Assembly (NCBI GenBank): GCA_020536535.1
Contig: JAHLWZ010000916.1
Span: 1-47,880, forward strand
Source of the DNA: Pelomyxa schiedti
Lineage: Eukaryota; Protista; Evosea
Reading direction: 5' to 3'
DNA length: 47,880 bases
Shown here: positions 34,094 to 47,791 of the stretch, piece by piece
Numbering within the stretch: position 1 is the stretch's first letter
Layout of the letters: every line of letters starts with the position of its first letter
Program-made: the position numbers and the translations under genes
The notes under the pieces: generated by a model
Database searches by the model: none
The model's input: the letters and a program-made list of their open reading frames with translations, nothing else
Told to the model about the DNA's origin: nothing

Positions 34094-36960
34094 GTTGCTA
34101 CCAACAACAACAATGGCGGCGGGTCGCCGGTTCGAATCCTGGCCGCGTCGGATTGCGACGCCTTGTGTGGCACACACCTGCTCACTGTGCGTGCGTGTGC
34201 GTGTGCGTGTGCGTGTGCGTGTGCGTGTGCGCGTGCGCGTGCTTTGTCTTTTTCACCTCCCCCTTTGTGTTTTTTTTTTTTTTTTATTTCTTGTGTTGCT
34301 TTTCAAGGCTATACTTCGCAAGTACCGTGGAACATATAGAATGAGAATCATAAGTGGAAGGGAAGACCTTTTGGCGGCCCTGGACTCGGAGGTAGCTTCG
34401 CTGGGACAAACGGGAAATCCTGATGGAGGCGAGGACCCGCTTTCACAAGTGAGCATCTTCCGGAAAACACTTAAATTGCTTGTTAATGTTTGCCAGGGTT
34501 TGCACCACATAATGCTGGTGAATTGTGGGGGGACTGTTGATCTGAGGGGCAGTATGGCATCTTTCCCCACCAACGCTATTTTGCATGTTTTTGACAGTCA
34601 CAGACCATTCCACCCTGCAAATATTGCTGACCAGCAGGTGAATCAATAGAAGCCACATGTCTCCCAAATAATACAATCAGATTTCTCTTGTGGACTTCCT
34701 TGCAGAGAGTAATGCGGTTCCCGCACCAAATGATTCAACTTCCACTACAAGTTCAGCACCACTGCCAGAATCCACCAAGTCACCAGACTTGGCAACAGAT
34801 ACAACCTCAGAAGCACAAATTAGCACAGATCAGGAAAGCCACAATTCCGACTCTTCAACAATGCCTCCAGATCTACAGCCACTGACAGACAGTCAAGACA
34901 CTTCACCTACTTCAAAAATGGACCATAATATACCCTCTCCAAGCACCAAGCGAAGAAGAACAACCACCAAGAGTAAATGCTCAGAGGATGACAAATCAGG
35001 CGAAAAAGATGGAAGTGAAGAAGAGGATGGAGAGGAAGAGGAGAAGGAGGAAAAGGAAGAGGAAGAGGAAGAGGAAAAGAATGAGGACACCACAGCCTCT
35101 GAAAACCCATCACAAACATCACAGTCCACAACCGCAACATCTCAATCCACTTCAACACCCACATCTCAAGCCACTTCAACATCCACATCACAATCCTCTG
35201 TTTCCGGCACCCAAGGTAATGGCGTGCATTTCGGTCAGAGCTGCAGCTTGACATTACTCCAACTTGCCTTTCAGGTAAATGTTGAAGATCAAGACATGGT
35301 GTGGTAAGTAAATTCTGGCCTTGATGAAAGTAAAGTGTTTTTTTTGTAACCACTTGAAGGTGGGGAATAGTTGGAGTCACTGAACAATTCATTCACCAAA
35401 AGATTTCCCACGACCTGTACATGAACTGTGTGTGCACCTAATATTTCCCTGTTTCTGATCATTCAGATGTGTCGGAATTAGAACTCTATCGTGGAAGAGT
35501 TGTAACACCAGAGTCGGGGTTATTGAGTAACCTGAGAATACATGTTGACGCTTATGGGGATGATGCCGGTGCTGATTTAGATATTCCTGTCGGAAAAGAC
35601 TATGGCGGAATTTTATTCAACGAAAACGAGTACAAACCCCTGCTGTGGCTATAGTTTAATGTTTCAAAGATGGCAATTCATGTTGTACCGACACTGGAAT
35701 CTGTATGAAAGTATATTCTACACTCCGTATGACTGTCTCATGTCCCGTTCTGTGAATTAATCTCTAGATGAAGAGCAGTTGTTGTGAAATTGAAATTTTG
35801 GGAGAGGAACGGACATGAGATATTGGTTCGACGTTTATCGTTGCAGTGTGGATTAATCTTTGGAACTTTAGAATGGACTTCTGGCCAAGATGGGTGTGGC
35901 TTTCAGGGACTGCAAGGTTTCATTTGGAAGCATGTGCACCCTCAGGAACAACACTGTATTGGGTCGCGTGCTGTCATGGGAAATGTGGGACAAATATACA
36001 TCCCTAGCAAGGGAAGAATTGTTATTTTCGTCATTCACTAGAGTATGCAGGCAAAATGCTGTATGATTAATGACTCAACCTATGCAGAGTTTTGAAGCAA
36101 ATCGAGAACTGTCGGCATCGGATGTAGTTTATGCAGTAACTGCAATTGCTGAATCTGATAAAAGTGGCTCTCTTGAGAAGTGCCATATGGATGCATATAA
36201 TGCGCTGTATCTGTTACTCCCTACTGGCAATATATTCACACAACTCCAGTAGCAGCACGCGCGTTGATGATCTTGTCAACACTGGGATAGAACCCGCAAT
36301 TAAACTGCAAAAGGTAAGTTGAAAGGAAATTATCAGAGGAATTCAACTGATGAAACTACAAGAACATTGTACAGCAAGGATTGCATATGGTTGCAAACAA
36401 AACAATTATTCTTTATGGATCCTTCCGGTAACAAATCACTTTCTCAGACAGTGAGCCAACAAACTTTCTCAAGATATGCAGTATTGAAGAATACCCTTTT
36501 GCAAGCTCATTTCCTACAAAAATTCGCCCTGTTGCGGCTTGGTTTTTTCTTGATGGAGCTACTTCTAGTATTCTACACTTACCTTTTTCTATACCTAACA
36601 CCTTTCACCAGGAAATCAACAAAGTGTCCCGGCCGCTTGTACTATGTGCCGTCAATGAAGAAACAAACCACCTCCTAGTACTCGGCACAGCAAGTCCAAC
36701 TGACCCCGCTCACAAGTAAACCCGCACTCCATCCTTCTAGAACGAATTATAGAAAATAATTAAGTGGAGTACTTCACTGCTCACTGTCACCTAGCCCGTT
36801 CATAACCCACTTCGTGCACACAAGTAAAAAGATGGCGGCCCAAGTACTGTTCCACGGATTTGACTCCCTTGTTGTTGACATACCCCTCAATTCTCTGGAA
36901 TCCTTCGTAGAAACCCTCCACTTGTCCTTACAACAAGGCTTTTTGGACTTTGATGACTAG
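33986..36960 (+). CDS. CDC45: Cell division control protein 45 (CMG helicase subunit), multi-exon
   Basis: RILAASDCDALCG, MLVNCGGTVDL, VFDSHRPFH, acidic insertion, WWGIVGVTEQF, FMLYRHWNLYES, LSASDVVYAVTAIAE and C-terminal NPF...FDSLVV. Confidence 0.93.
34187..34242. repeat. (GCGTGT)n microsatellite at the 5' end of CDC45 intron 1
   Basis: Run gtgcgtgcgtgtgcgtgtgcgtgt... begins at the inferred splice donor. Confidence 0.85.
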
Positions 36961-37016
36961 CCATAAGGTATTGTCACTAAATAAATCCCACAAACAGAAA
37001 TAACACCGTAATTCTT

Positions 37017-40000
37017 TCATTCCTTTTTTGCATTTACTGCCGCAGCACTTGTACCGGTCGTACTAGTATCACTTGTGCCAGAGCTTTCACTTGCATCATC
37101 ATTGGTATCAGAATCACTGCCGCTGCTACTACTAGGTTTCGGCTTCTTTTTGGCTTGGTACTTTGGCCTGAGGTTCTTGTGCTTGTGTATTCTCACCGGA
37201 GTTGCAGTACTGTGCCGGAATCGTGTGAGTGTTGTTGGGTCTGCTATGGGAGTAGGGTGCTGGCTCTCCACTAGTAATGATGATGGTGATTCCGATGATT
37301 CCACTGGTGATGATTGTGTTGATGCTGTTTTGTTTTGGCTTGCTGTTGCTTCCAGTCCTCCTATGTGTATAACCCGCTGTGATTGTTTCCGGCGGAGTGG
37401 AATTCCACACAGAGGGCATGTGCCGGTTCCCCTAGGGTAGTAATGCCCTTGTGTTGTTGATGCTGATGAAACTGTTGTTGATACTGTTTGAGTTGTTGAG
37501 GTTTCTATTGGTGTTGCTGCTGCTGTGGATTCTGAGGACGGTGGTGCAGGTTGAGCTTGTGGGTGTTGGCCTGGTGGTGATAGCCAAGGGAATGTGATTT
37601 GAGGTGGGGGTGTGATGGTAACATCTGGAAGAACTACTCCTTGCGTTGGTGGTGCCAGGCTTCCCTTGAGGGTGGAACTTGCTTTCTTTGGTGTTGCCGG
37701 TGCGGACTTGGCAGCCTGGGGCAACAGCTCCAGTGAGTGAACGGGGGATACCTCGTGCGGAAGCCCCGGCGAAACGCCGCCGCACACCCAGCAAACTAGG
37801 CTATCAACTTCGCAGACTAGTAACATGGTCCGCATGCATCTCGCTGTAGAAAAGTGAGATTGGGGCTGGGGAGGGTTGTGAGTGAATTGGGTGTACGCAC
37901 TGAACTCGTGTCCTTTCTCGCATTTGCAGTGTGTTGGTGACTCAAAAGGGACAACTGGTTGTGTTGTAAGGGGTTGGAGAAAAAGCGGAGAGAGCAAACC
38001 GCAATTACAAACTGGGCAAGTCTCTATTGGGAGTTTTTCTGGGGTCGTGTTTAACAGCTTTAAAATGGTATTGCAAACTGGGCCAGACAGGGCCGGCTCT
38101 TTCATGGAACAAAATTGAATCAAGTGAGACAGTGAAAGTATCTCACGTGCACCTGTAACTCTTGGTTATTTGATTAAGAAAAGTGAACAGGGCTCACTGA
38201 AATGTAGTTCGCCATATCCTATCAAGGATTGAAGAGAGTGCCATGCATGCAAAAAGTAAAGTTTATCCTTGAGTTGAGGTAATTCCAAGCCCAATTTTCT
38301 TTGCTATTGTTGAAGTTACTAACGATCCAGGACTATTTACACATAGATAGCTTAACTGGGAAACTCGTCCTAATCATGTGGCAAAGCTGAAGTGCCCGTT
38401 GCCTGAGAAGGAGTAAGCGCGAGTTAATGTGTTGTGTGATTGTACAGTTTGTTGGACAATGGCGGGGCAGCTTCAGAGGCGGTTACAATCTGTGAGAAAG
38501 CTGTGGCAACGAAAGTAAAGCTGGAATTTTTGAGTGCATCAATGGCATCGGTGCATACTGGAGCCTCTGCAGTTGCCATTCTCAACAAAACGGTGAGAAG
38601 GGGATTGTTGTGGAAATCGAGTGACGGTTCAGTTGGGGAGCTAACCCCAGAGAACAGTGGTGTAAAATGGATTTCCATGGACTCGTGGAGGTTGAATAAT
38701 TTTACAACATTACCAGTTTTTATTTTTGGGTTCCTGGAAGTACTAAGTTGTCACTTAATGCACTGATGTAAAATACCTTACCACGGTGGCGAAAAAGCAT
38801 CTATTCGGTGATGATGCTATTCCACGCAATTCAGGTACAGCTTTGGGTACTATTGTAGTCAAAGAAGTCAGGTCATAGGTAACACTTTGCTCATTCAAGT
38901 AAGCCGACCACTTTTTAACTACCAAAGCATTGAATAAGAAGCCCAGAAGGATGAACTTAGATTACCTCCAGTCAAAGAAGATGTCAAAAATGACTGCTGA
39001 TCAACCCAGGCAACTCCTGTAATACAGGTAAATGGTTTGTTTGTAGAGTTCTATTTTATTAACCTGTGATTAGACATTGATGACCTGGAAACAAAGTTGT
39101 TTTATTGTCTTTCTCATTCCAAGTATAAATCATCCAGGAGGCACAGCAAACAACAGTTCGGTTTGTCTATTTGTTGTTCCGTTACCTTCACCGATATTCA
39201 GGGGTTTACTCGATCAGGGGACCAAGAAATGGTGGTAATTGCTCTCATTGAGGAGGCAACAATAGTAGACAGCCCAGTGATGCTTAGTAATGGGCTGTGT
39301 GATGTGACAGAAGAGGGCAGATTAGCACTCCTACTTGATCCACATGGCTGAACTTGAAACAGGTACACGGAGCCATACCCAGTGCCAACTGCGAGCAATA
39401 CAGTGGAAAAACCTTGGGAGTCCTCTTCTAAAAAGTCTTATCAATGTTTGGAGAGTGAATGTATCCAGATACTGGCTGGTGAAAACCCAAGAGCAGTATT
39501 CCATGTTTCAGTAGAAAATTCACACTCAAACTGAAAGTTATAAATGCTGTTTAGGGAGAATTACGGCACTATTAAAATTGAAAGTAGAACGGACCCCTTG
39601 CAGGATTTGCTGGTATCAAGGGAGATAATGCAAACCTAAGAACAATTCATTCAATCAGGTAGGTTAAAAACCAACAAAGATTACATTGTGGTTTGTTCCG
39701 ATTGCTACAAGACTAACTTGTTTTTCGGGGAAGCATAAGATTGGAGACCATGCCACACCTGTGTCGGTAAGACCAAAAAATGAGAAAAAGAAGAGAGTAG
39801 ATACTCACAGTTGAATGTAAAGATGTTGTGCCTAACAGTAAGATACTCTTGGACCTCTAACGAGTGCCGCGGGCTCTTTTTGGTGGCAATTTTTAGGACT
39901 TTAACTGGAGTTTTCCGGTTTTGTTTGTTGTAATGTCTTTTCGGAGTCAGTGATTCGGCCCTAGCCAAGGCCTGGTCATACAGTACTTTCGCAGTGGCAT

Positions 40001-41247
40001 CGTCAACTGCCTTCCTGCCATGTATCACAAACCAAAAAAAAAAAAGTTGTTTGGAGGTCGAGACCAGTCTCTTCGGTAGTGCCGCCATATAACTTCTGCT
40101 AAATTTTCGACCTAATTTCTTTCAGTTAATACAATCGGAAACACTTGAATATACTAACCAGACACCAGGAAACAGCACTTTCCGAGTGTGGGAATGTGTA
40201 CACCCCAATAAAGTGGTCTACTCCACACACAGCAAGCAGGCACCTGAAGTGGCGTTACACGGCAGTTGATTTACCAATTCCATACTCATTCAGTGGAGTG
40301 ACAACCGGAGACCAACCTATTCCCGTGATTTTGTATGGGCTCTCCTCGAACTTTCTTGGCTTGAAAACGAAATCTATTTTTTTCGAGCAGTCAGGTCGTT
40401 GGTAAAGGCCAGGCCTGTACATACAAGGCTCCCCGCCCAGTTCCAAAAAGAAGCCGTTGCGCTTGATCGACGTCTCCAAAACCACGGGGCACTTCCCGTC
40501 CATGACATACACCCCCTCGTCGTTGAACACCCCGACCATGTTGCTGTCGCTCACCCGCACGCAGTCCCCCACGCACGAGCACCACCCGTACACCATCCCC
40601 ACCTGCTGCGCCCTGGCTCCCCACTCCCCGCCAACCCCGGCCCAGGCCCCACCAGCCCCTGTCCCTGTCCCTGCCCCGGCGCCCCCGCCGCCGCGTCCGG
40701 CGGCCCCGCGGTCCCCCCGCCCGCCGCGGGACAGGAGCCCCCCCGCGCCCATCCCAACCGCCCCGTCCCCATCCCCGTCGCCTTCGTCTTCGTCGTCGCC
40801 GCGGTAGTAGTCGCCCTCGCCGTCGCCATCTCCTTCTGCTGCTGCCTCGTTGTCGTCGGCAGCCCCCCCACCACCCCCGTTCTTATTCGTGGTGCATGGG
40901 CGCTTGGTCCCCGCCAGCGGCGATGTTGGTGGGAGTGCGGAGTCAGTCTCGGCGTCAGCACGCGTGTGGCCGCGGCCTCGCCCTCGGCCTCCCCTGGCGC
41001 GCCCCCCGCCGCGCATCGGGGATGCCACTGCTGGTAGTGCTGGTGGTGGTGGTGGTGTAGATGGGGGGGGTGGCTGGGGGGAAGCAGCGGGTGCGGACGA
41101 TGCCCTCCTCGTGGTACCAGTGGGTGTGCGCGGGGTTTTTGGTTTCGCCGCGGCGGCTGTTGATGTGGTCCTCCTTCTCTTGGGGGGGGTTGTGGGGGTA
41201 GCCTCGGGCGGCGGAGCCGATTCTTTGGGTGTCGCTTCGTCGGCCAT
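37017..41247 (-). CDS. GTF3C4: General transcription factor IIIC subunit 4-like (TFIIIC90/tau60): WD-like N-terminal region and C-terminal zf-TFIIIC zinc finger; multi-exon
   Basis: ITGIGWSP...CLLAV, AITTISWSP and LLAVGTGYGSVYLF propeller strands; C-terminal ETCPVC...CEKGHEF...RCMRT...CWVC...CPLCG pattern typical of zf-TFIIIC; RG-rich low-complexity N-terminus. Confidence 0.72.
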
Positions 41248-41370
41248 TTTGGTCTTCGTTGTTTGTTGTTTTGATGAAATGCCTGGGATCCAGGAGGACG
41301 TCGGTTCGAGACCGAGAGGGATGAATCATTTATTAGTTGGTCAGCATAAGGAACTAGCATAAGGTGTTAG

Positions 41371-44300
41371 TTAGGAGAGTAGAGGAACGGCTTCAGTGTC
41401 CATGTCGAGGGTATCGTAGGGTACTAGGTTCTGTTGTGTTGGTGTTGATGGTGTAGAGTCCACTTGTGATACTGTGGGTGATACAGAGTGCACCGCAGTT
41501 GTGTGTGTTGATGCGGACTGGGCACGGGTTGTTAGCAGGAGGCAGGAGGGGTGGTCATTGAGAGGGTGGAATAGCACCGACATTCGTTCAGTGGCTTTGT
41601 TTTCCTGTGGTGTTTTTTAGAATTTGGAATGGATAGAACATGGGCGAGAACTCCATTCCGACTGGTGGAATTGGAATGGAAGAATCAAAACCTTGCAGTT
41701 GGCAACATGTTGGTTTTCTAGCCGGTAGATATTCCATTGTGCTCGCCTTATAATTTCAACTATGGCAAGAAGGGTAGTGAACACATCAGGAGCGAGACTC
41801 GTGCGTTCAAGAAATTCCGGCGAAATCTGAAGAACTGGGTTGGAAAGGCAAATTATATTGCAATGAAATTCTTTGGGCAAACTGTGAGGGTCCACATGAG
41901 TCTCATTATCAAATTTGATATAATTGCAATGTAGTACAAAACTCGGGGACGGTAGACTAGCATAGGCCGCAGTATAATATGTTTCCTAAAAAGGTTTCAA
42001 ATTCCAATGTGGTAGATGGGCCACGCATGTACCCTGTTCTGTCTCGCAAAAATCCCCAGTCGAAGTAGACATCCCACGAGAACTAGAAATGTTAACCAAA
42101 CGGTACTATTTGAGAGGCATGCCGTGTAACCAGTGCTTATGACAATGAGGGTAAACCATACTATCTTAGATTTATAATTTAGCTTCACAAAAAGATGTAT
42201 TAAAATCTACATCCAGGTAAGAGCAGTCAAAGTTTCCTCTAAGACAAGAAAAAACCTGAAACCACAGTTAAAGGAGTAGAATAGTATGAATACACACAGA
42301 AACTAGTATAGAAACCAAGTACTTCCCGGCATTTCCAAGGTGAGTTTTGATGCGAGTGTCTCGGTAGCAGCGAATACACTAAGTGGGTGAAAGTAAGAGA
42401 GCACAAAAAAATATCCTTGGCTGACCTGCAGGAGTCGCCAGCATGCGGGTATTCCAGCAATTAGGGGTCTCGTCCATGCATTTGCGGCTAGGCATTCCTA
42501 AGAACACCGTTATGATTGTAAGATGCACATTCTCGAACCTGGCGTCCGGTCCAGAGGTCAGAGAGGTAGTAGCAGAATGTAAATTCGAGATCATACAGGA
42601 CGATGGCAAGGGAAGTTAATTGATCCGCCATGAAGGAATCCTGCACAAATTAGATGTGGATACCATCAACATAGAGAGATAGCGTACCTTAAATAAGACT
42701 TGAAAAAAAGGTGCACATACAGTTTTAAAGATACATTTGAACAGCCAAAATTTAGCTCTGATTTGAAAAAAAAACTGAGGTACGTTACGGAAAGAACACT
42801 GTGGCTAACTTACAAATGCGACAAGTACAACAAACATCATGAAAAGAGGCCACACAACAGCAGGAAAAGATTGCGTCCATTCAAAATGGGGTGGTGGATC
42901 TACAGAGACACAGTATCTTTTATCGTCAGATTAAGACAATTTATGGGACTGATATTACCCTAATACACTCAGTAAGAATATTAGGGTGAAGAACGCTGCA
43001 AACTCGAAGACTTGTTTGAAAGAAAGTTGTTTGCGTGTGTCAAAATCAAATATAAGCACATAGTTGACTCTGAACTTAGACCAGACCTATAAATTGGGTG
43101 ATACTAGCTTAACAGCCTGACAGTTCCCATACAAACATGTCAATTCCCCACAGCCAAAGAAGAAGCTGCGGTAATCTGAGACAAATAGGGTGAGAGAACA
43201 CAAACCAACGCCATAGCTACGGTCCTGTAAGCAATGAACAGAGCATCGGCATTATATTGATCCAGTTTATTAGTGAGCATTGCACCATAAAACATCCACA
43301 TTATAACTAATGGGGTTCCGATTCCAATCAATACCCCTATTATAGATCAGCTGAAAAGAGTAACTATCACGAAGAAGACCGAGGCGGAATGTAAGCCACC
43401 CCTGCTGGTCATTGTGTATAACAGAGAGGGATATTTTTGCTTTCTTGTAATCACCTTTTTCAAAGGCATGGGAATATACAAACCTGCGACTTTTTGAGGA
43501 AATTTGTTGGGATTGTAAGGCATACGTGAGCTCGTCATACAATGTATTTAACGCGTCCATTCTAGAAAATTTAGTTTTGTAGATCTGCAACTCAGGTGAA
43601 CAGAAATAAAGACACAGAAAGCTTACATTATCAGGTAAATAGGAGTCTTTGTAAGTAGTACCAAATTTTTTATCATACAGATCAATAACTTTCTTGAAGC
43701 CTTCCGTGTTTATTTTACAATAATTCTTAAGAAATATAACATTTCGATAGCAGACAGTAAAAGACCGGCGAAGTTTTGACTTGGCTGGGTAATAGTGAGA
43801 AAGTTTCTCTATGCTCCTCAACCTTTCATCCTCGCCCATTTAGATAGTAGTGCCTCTTTGTAGTGTATCGAAGCTGGCTTGTTGTGCGTTCTCCATTCTT
43901 GTCTATCACCTTGTATTCCATACCTAAGGGCCTGCACGATTTGGTCCTGCGAGGGGGAGTCCGAAGTTGCAGCATTGCTGATAGAACTTATAATGTGGTG
44001 GCTATGTGCACTGCCTGGTTCATAATTTCTTATCAGTTTCATTGAGATAGCATCATAGACCAGATTGCTTTGATTGGCCAGTGAGCGGCACTAAATGTGA
44101 TAGAAACAAACCAGAAGGTGGCAGATATTTCGTCAAGTTGCTTTTGATAGAACCTATCCACATTCTGGATATTTTTCTCCAAGAAGGACCAGAATTCTGC
44201 CTCTGCATCCGTATGTCCACCCCCTAACACAAAGCCACTCTCTTAGAGTGTTTGATGATATAAATACCAACTCTTGAATACAAGAGAGAGTAACATAAAA

Positions 44301-44570
44301 AACACAATCACCACCCAAAACCATCAGAAGCAGAGACCCACCGGTGGGACCAGATGCCACTGTTGCGTGTGTCGATGACGCCGGCGCAGCCTCTGACGCC
44401 GCCGATGCATATTCGTCATGTGCATGGGCATTATGGGAGGCAGAGAGGGCGAGGGACGCCAGGGCGGCCTGTATCCTAACCATCTTCTTCTTCAGCTTGT
44501 TGTACTTGACGTAGTGCTGCTTCCACTCGGGCACTGTGCCCCCTGCAAGCTCCCGCCTATACACTCCCAT
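41371..44570 (-). CDS. XPR1: SPX-EXS phosphate exporter (XPR1/PHO1/SYG1 family), multi-exon
   Basis: SPX motifs VPEWKQHYVKYNKLKK, FLEKNIQNVDRFY and LKNYCKINTEGFKK; EXS motifs VWSKFRVNYVLIF, FMADQLTSL, NAGKY, WDVYFDWG and EIIRRAQWNIYRLENQH. Confidence 0.93.
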
Positions 44571-44923
44571 AACCGTGTCCCAACCCCGACCAGTTGTCTG
44601 TGGTTTTTAATATTTTTGCGTGTCGCTGCCACAGTGTCGGTTCGTGCAGCTTCTTGTTCACAGAAACTTGGAAAACCTCGATTGTACGGTTGATTCCTCT
44701 GTTCGGCAGTGGTTCTCGTCATCTCAAGTCGAAGTGGGTCCCCCATAGCCCAAAGAACGTCGTTCTTCGACGCCCAAATTTGAAACTGCAGACAAAAATT
44801 CAAAACAGTTAAGAAGAGCGCTGATCATCAAAACAGCAACAATCAACGCCGGCACATCACGCCAACACCAACCCACAACACAACACCAGTAGATCTGTGA
44901 TAGATATATAATACAATACATCG

Positions 44924-45539
44924 ATGGCGGACATGGAGACGTCGCCGAGCAAGAACCCGTTCATGCGAGCACCGCAGACCAAGCACATCGACGAGAGGGG
45001 AATCCTCAGGCTACCAAACGACTGGCGTGCAATAGTCCTCCTAGTGCTGTGCGCCGGAATGGGAGTTATGGGAATACTCTCGTTCTGGGCTAGTGGCGTG
45101 CTAAGGTAACGCCATTGTGGGATTATGGGCTAGTGTCAACATGTTGATGTTTTAACTTTGTTCTTTGTTATTAGCCTTGTTTTTTTTTAACTTGTATAAG
45201 TTGGGTTGTGGCTATTGGGTCTATAGCTGCTGCCATATTTGGAGTAATAGGAGCTTACCTACAAAATGCATTCTGCTTCTTCTTGGTATTTTTTATCCCT
45301 GCTCATTCTCAAAACATATACCAACGTATATTAGTGTATGTTCACATTTTTGTGCGTCTCGGCTGTATCCATTATTGCAGTGATAATACACCACGACAGC
45401 TACAGCTGTGGTGTTTATCTCACGGACTGCTTTGTTGGAGTATGTACAAAACAGTTTGTATTTTATTTAACTATCCCGTCAGTTCATTACCGCCTTTGTG
45501 TGCTTCTGGATGCGTGGTCTCTCATTTAGGCCTTGCTAA
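44924..45539 (+). CDS. Small four-TM membrane protein, 4 exons, family unassigned
   Basis: Four hydrophobic segments on successive exons (AIVLLVLCAGMGVMGILSFW; WVVAIGSIAAAIFGVIGAYL; CMFTFLCVSAVSIIAVII; FVGFITAFVCFW); likely stop TAA at 45537-45539. Confidence 0.55.
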
Positions 45540-45625
45540 CAAACAAGAAAAATGGTTTTGTAAAAAAACTTTCTCTTTTTTTTTTTTTTTTGTTTTTTAT
45601 TTGTTTTGTTTTTTTTTTAGAAGTT

Positions 45626-47755
45626 TCAAGAGTACAAGAATTCATGCAGGTCCTGTTTTGTACCCAAAACCTGTGAGCAATGTGCCACGACTTGTGCCTG
45701 AACCAGCAATGCATCGGAGTTGATATTGTCCATAGTATCACAGGCCTTGTGGTAGCATGGGTCACATGTGGCTCCTGCCATCCCTCCAAATAGTGTCCGC
45801 TCTTCTGCGGTCTTTACTTCAGCTGCAACAGGAATACATATTGTCAGTTTGAGGTATATGGAATAGTGGAATGTTGTGGATTGTTGGGATTGAAAGTGAT
45901 TTTATAATGATAGTAGAAAGTTGTGGTTGCAACGGAAGCGGTACATACCAACGCCGGTGTTGGATTCTGTGACGGAATTAGGAGGAGGCGGGAAAGAGGA
46001 GATAGAGATAGTGTACCAACGGCCGGAATTCCGGCATCGAGAAACGGGCCATAGTCAGACCCGTTGGAGAAGAGGAAATACTCGAAAGGAATTTGGCTGT
46101 CATTGAAGTACTCTTCAAAAAGGACCTTTGGTTTTGTGTCAAGAATGGTAGTGGTCCTAAACTCTTTACCTGAAGCTTTGAGGAAGCGTGTTTGAGGGAC
46201 TCAGACCCAACACTGGAGTTACCATAACTAATGTAGTATATGTAATTGGCACTGGCAATCATGTCCATATTGATGTCTGTCTTGTTTTAAAAAGGTCTTT
46301 ACAACTGGAGGAGTACACGCTTCAATGTTGAAATCATATTCGGTTCTATGCTTTGTTCGATTAACTTGGATTATGGAGAATCTTACATACTGAAACGAAG
46401 TACCGAGACCCTTGCAAGCCATACTCCTCGGCTCCCCAAAATGCAAATATCAATTGATTGCGTAAGTTATCCAGCCTGGAATGAATTGAATTTGCAGTCA
46501 GTAGAGTACTTCTCACTTTTTTGAGGCGTATGCAATCTCTAGCAGAGCAGAAATTCCACTTTGGGACAGTTTTTAGCAAATAATGGGAATCTAAAAATGT
46601 CTCACCTTGCATCGTCGTTTACGCCTGGCGTAGCTGGCTTTGTATCCAAATGAGCACCGATTACAATCACTGAGGAGTTGTCTCCCTTCCAAGGTCTTAG
46701 ACTTGAGTTCGTGAAAGTGAAGATTCTACCTTGGAACTGACAGCATAAATGTTTCTTGTTGCATTTTGTGTGTACATAGTTTCAACCTTAGGTATTTAGT
46801 GAGTTGAAACCTGAGCAAAAAAAAAAGTACTTTCAGATATACAGCAGTATTTTCATCACTTATCCATACAGCGCAGTTATATGATACTCCAAAAGCTGGA
46901 ATTGTGGAGTAACCTCCAATTCCAACAAGCGTGGTTGTGGTAGTAGGAGTATTATAAATGAATATTGCACTGGCTTCAAACCTGGAATTAATATAGCAAA
47001 GAACGCGAGTTGAATTGAGTTGATACTTCATTGCTACTCGAATTTTGTACTTGCCAGTGCAAACGCCTGTAAGTACGAGGGCTATATTTCCAACTGGAAA
47101 CCCTGTTTTGAAACTGTTTGTAATCAGGGATATCAAGTGCCTATTACCGTAGTAATCTGCATCATCACAGCCATAGTTTGGGATCTTAGTTATTTGGGCA
47201 GTAATTTCGCCACTTGGCGAATCCCGTAGAATACTGAAGTCATGGTTGTATGTGAAATTCTGTTCTCGAGGGGACACCATGTTGAGAACGGGAACACCGA
47301 CCACAACAAAGTAGTTGTAGTCAAAGAATTGTTGATGTGCAATAAAATCATGCTCGGTGAGCTGCTCCACAATATAATCAGCGGCGGAATCAAATCTTTT
47401 TTTGTTTAAAAAAAGCCAGCAGTGGTTACCTCAATGCCAAGAGTAAGAAAAAAGGAGAAGATACCCAGAAGTTCCAGATACTCTAGCACCGCCATTTGAC
47501 GTAGTGACATTATAAAGCTTGGCCATGGTGTCAGTCATAGCATCCTGGTCAATAAGGTCGGCCATGTCAGGTTCCTGCGTCAACCAAAGAGAAGTAGGAA
47601 GTATAATCAGCACAATGCCTACACATTTCAGATATCCCCCCGTCAGTGACCAACACCTACAGGCTACACAGACACAGACACACAGCCACAATACAGGATG
47701 GGCTCGAGCCAAGTAGCCATAGACACATACACTCACGCACGCAGGCGCACGCACA

Positions 47756-47790
<35 letters not shown>

Positions 47791-47791
47791 G

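Noticed and set aside
45621-45723. Apparent overlap of the four-TM gene's last exon with the M28 gene C-terminus
   Set aside because: The four-TM gene can end at TAA 45537-45539 without another intron; the plus-strand ORF is antisense to the conserved M28 tail.
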